Under the pieces are notes generated by a model. That model searched no databases and was not told the origin of the DNA. It was given only the letters and a program-made list of their open reading frames with translations. A program made the position numbers and the translations under genes. 64,000 nucleotides of DNA from Eledone cirrhosa (taxonomy: Eukaryota), in contig OZ024745.1 of assembly GCA_964016885.1 (NCBI GenBank), positions 53,630,001 to 53,694,000 of the forward strand, read 5' to 3'. Shown here in pieces: positions 59,335 through 64,000 of this stretch. Numbering within the stretch: position 1 is the first letter of the stretch; each line of letters opens with the position of its first letter.

Positions 59335-59854
59335 TTACCTTTTACACACGAGCACATATACACATACATGTATACATAGATATACATATATATATGCATA
59401 TACGTACGTGCATGCATACATATATATACATACATATAAAAATGACATTCTGTTTCCAATTTTTATCAGCAAGCATGTGAGCATATAATGTTGTTTCAAC
59501 CCAAGGGAAGGGTTGTTTTTATAGCTAACGCTTTGCTTCTCTTCATATCACTACTTGTAACATCTGCTATCACAAACGTGTTGGACCGAACAGGCTATGC
59601 CTATCCTTGATGATGATGTCGTTTGTTTTGTTTTATTTTGATTTTCCCTTCAGTTTACTTGTTCTCATTCATTTTCTTCTTTTTCATCTTCGTTTCATTT
59701 TCTCTGCTCAAATTATTGATTTCAGACGCCGTCATTTCCAGTGGCTTATTGATTACGGAAATTCATTACAACACCGCCAAAATTCGGAAATCCGTTTCCA
59801 AACGGTCGAAGAGTTTAATAGGTTATAAGCAGACAAACTGTTATTTTGAATTTT

Positions 59855-60246
<392 letters not shown>

Positions 60247-60293
60247 ATATACAAACATATACACACATATATATACATACACACATATACATA

Positions 60294-61890
<1,597 letters not shown>

Positions 61891-62222
61891 ATATATTTGG
61901 TAAATCCGAAATAGCAAAATAGCAGTCTATGTTTAGCAGGTTTAAAATCTGCTAAACTGTTATGTATATATTTCGAATATAGTAGATATAGAGAGGGGGA
62001 GAGTTTGGTGCTCATTGACATAGAGAGGGGTATTGGAAGAGAGTTCCGTGTAGTAGATATAGAGAGGGGGAGAGTTTGGTGCTAATTGATATAGAGAGGG
62101 GCATTGGTAGAGTGTGTTGTATGGTTAATGAAGAGAGGGTGTGAGTTTGGTGGTAATGAATAGAGTAAGAGGATTGATAGAGATAGGTGTTAATATATTT
62201 ATACATATACATATATGTAGAA

Positions 62223-62253
<31 letters not shown>

Positions 62254-62274
62254 CGGCCGTCGGGGTCCTGACTC

Positions 62275-62340
<66 letters not shown>

Positions 62341-62519
62341 TATATATATAGGCATGCATACATGTATGCATATATATATATATATATATATATATCCCGG
62401 CTTCAATCGGGGGTAATATATATATATATATGTGTGTGTGCGTGTGTGTGTCTGTGTGCGTGCGTGCGTGTGTGTGTGTGTCTGTCTCTGTGTGTGTGTG
62501 TCTGTCTCTGTGTGTTTGT

Positions 62520-62794
<275 letters not shown>

Positions 62795-63577
62795 TGTTTT
62801 TGTTTGTTCATGTTCTGTAATTTAGCTGTTCGACAAAATGTGATTGATAAAATAATTACCAGACTAGAAAACAATTAAATACTGGTGTTGATGTAATCGT
62901 CTAAATCGACGTGTTGCCGTGGCATGGCCGTAGTCTAATGACTGAAGCAAGTATAAGAAAAATTATATTGTTTCTTTCTGTTGGTCAAATGGATTACCTA
63001 TCATAGCACGAATTTTATTTGTGTAACCTTTAGTATATCTTTTATAACGTTGTTTTGATTGTTATTGTGCTGCTGAGTATAACCGTCTTAAAAATTGAAA
63101 GTTGTTTTAAATAGTTGTTTCTACTTTAGGCACAAGGCCAGCAATTACCCAGTACATTGAAAGTTGTTTTAAATAATGTAATCCTGGATATACTAAATTT
63201 GTTATAATAAATAGGATGGAACGTCTTGAGCTATAAATCGTTTTAATCAGATTTCACCTGAGGATAAACAATAACAGCAACAACAATATGTGGTTTATGC
63301 ATCCATCCATGTAGTTACGAAATCGGAAGAAATATTTGACACTGTATTAACCAAAAATTTAACTAATGAAAATTAATATAAACGTTATTTCTCCAAAATA
63401 ATGTTTGAAAATAGTTTCTACTATTAACTATTATAGCCATTAATACCTGGAAAAAACAGTGTTGCTATGCAACTAGAAGTATAAAATTATTTCTCCTGCA
63501 TTTCTATTGAATGTATTTCTCAGTCGTATTTATATTGCAATTCGTTTCTATCAAATAAATGATTATATGTTGCTGCT

Positions 63578-63624
<47 letters not shown>

Positions 63625-63633
63625 GCGTGTGCG

Positions 63634-63731
<98 letters not shown>

Positions 63732-64000
63732 ACCGTCATTCATATAGTATGTGGGAGTATTTAGTAACAAAATAGCTTTGCTAAAAGGCAATTTTTGAAA
63801 GGAGCTATACTGCTAGCGAACAGGTCACAGGGGGGCGAATAGCGATACGGTCACCAGATACGATGGTTAGGTGCGATATAAACGCGCAGCTGCCCGGACC
63901 ATCAGCGGTAGACTACTAAGGGAAATGAAGTAATGGGTGACACCTGTAGCTGCCAAGAAAACTCTCACAACCCAGTGATGTAGCTATGTCGAGACGAGTA

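Overview
Repeat-dominated, AT-rich animal genomic DNA. The tRNA-derived SINE family, the R4/Dong and Tx1 LINEs and the extreme (TA)n/(TG)n/(TC)n density suggest an octopus or other cephalopod (inference). No host protein-coding gene can be called with confidence, and most ORFs in the track are microsatellite artefacts. Recognisable content: a near full-length Tx1/L1-clade LINE in (ATT)n with two decayed relatives, an R4/Dong fragment, a 5'-truncated Penelope-like element (RT + GIY-YIG), two internally deleted mariner copies, several non-autonomous Helitrons, many SINEs, and a ~7.1-kb near-perfect palindrome. The main hidden signal is a set of at least six unrelated non-coding elements embedded in (TA)n that carry type-I hammerhead ribozymes (HHRs). 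They include a very young 466-nt tandem/inverted repeat with perfect HHRs, a 552-nt HHR-to-HHR unit (both retrozyme/circRNA candidates), and two ribozymes with a compensatory U3-A8 core.
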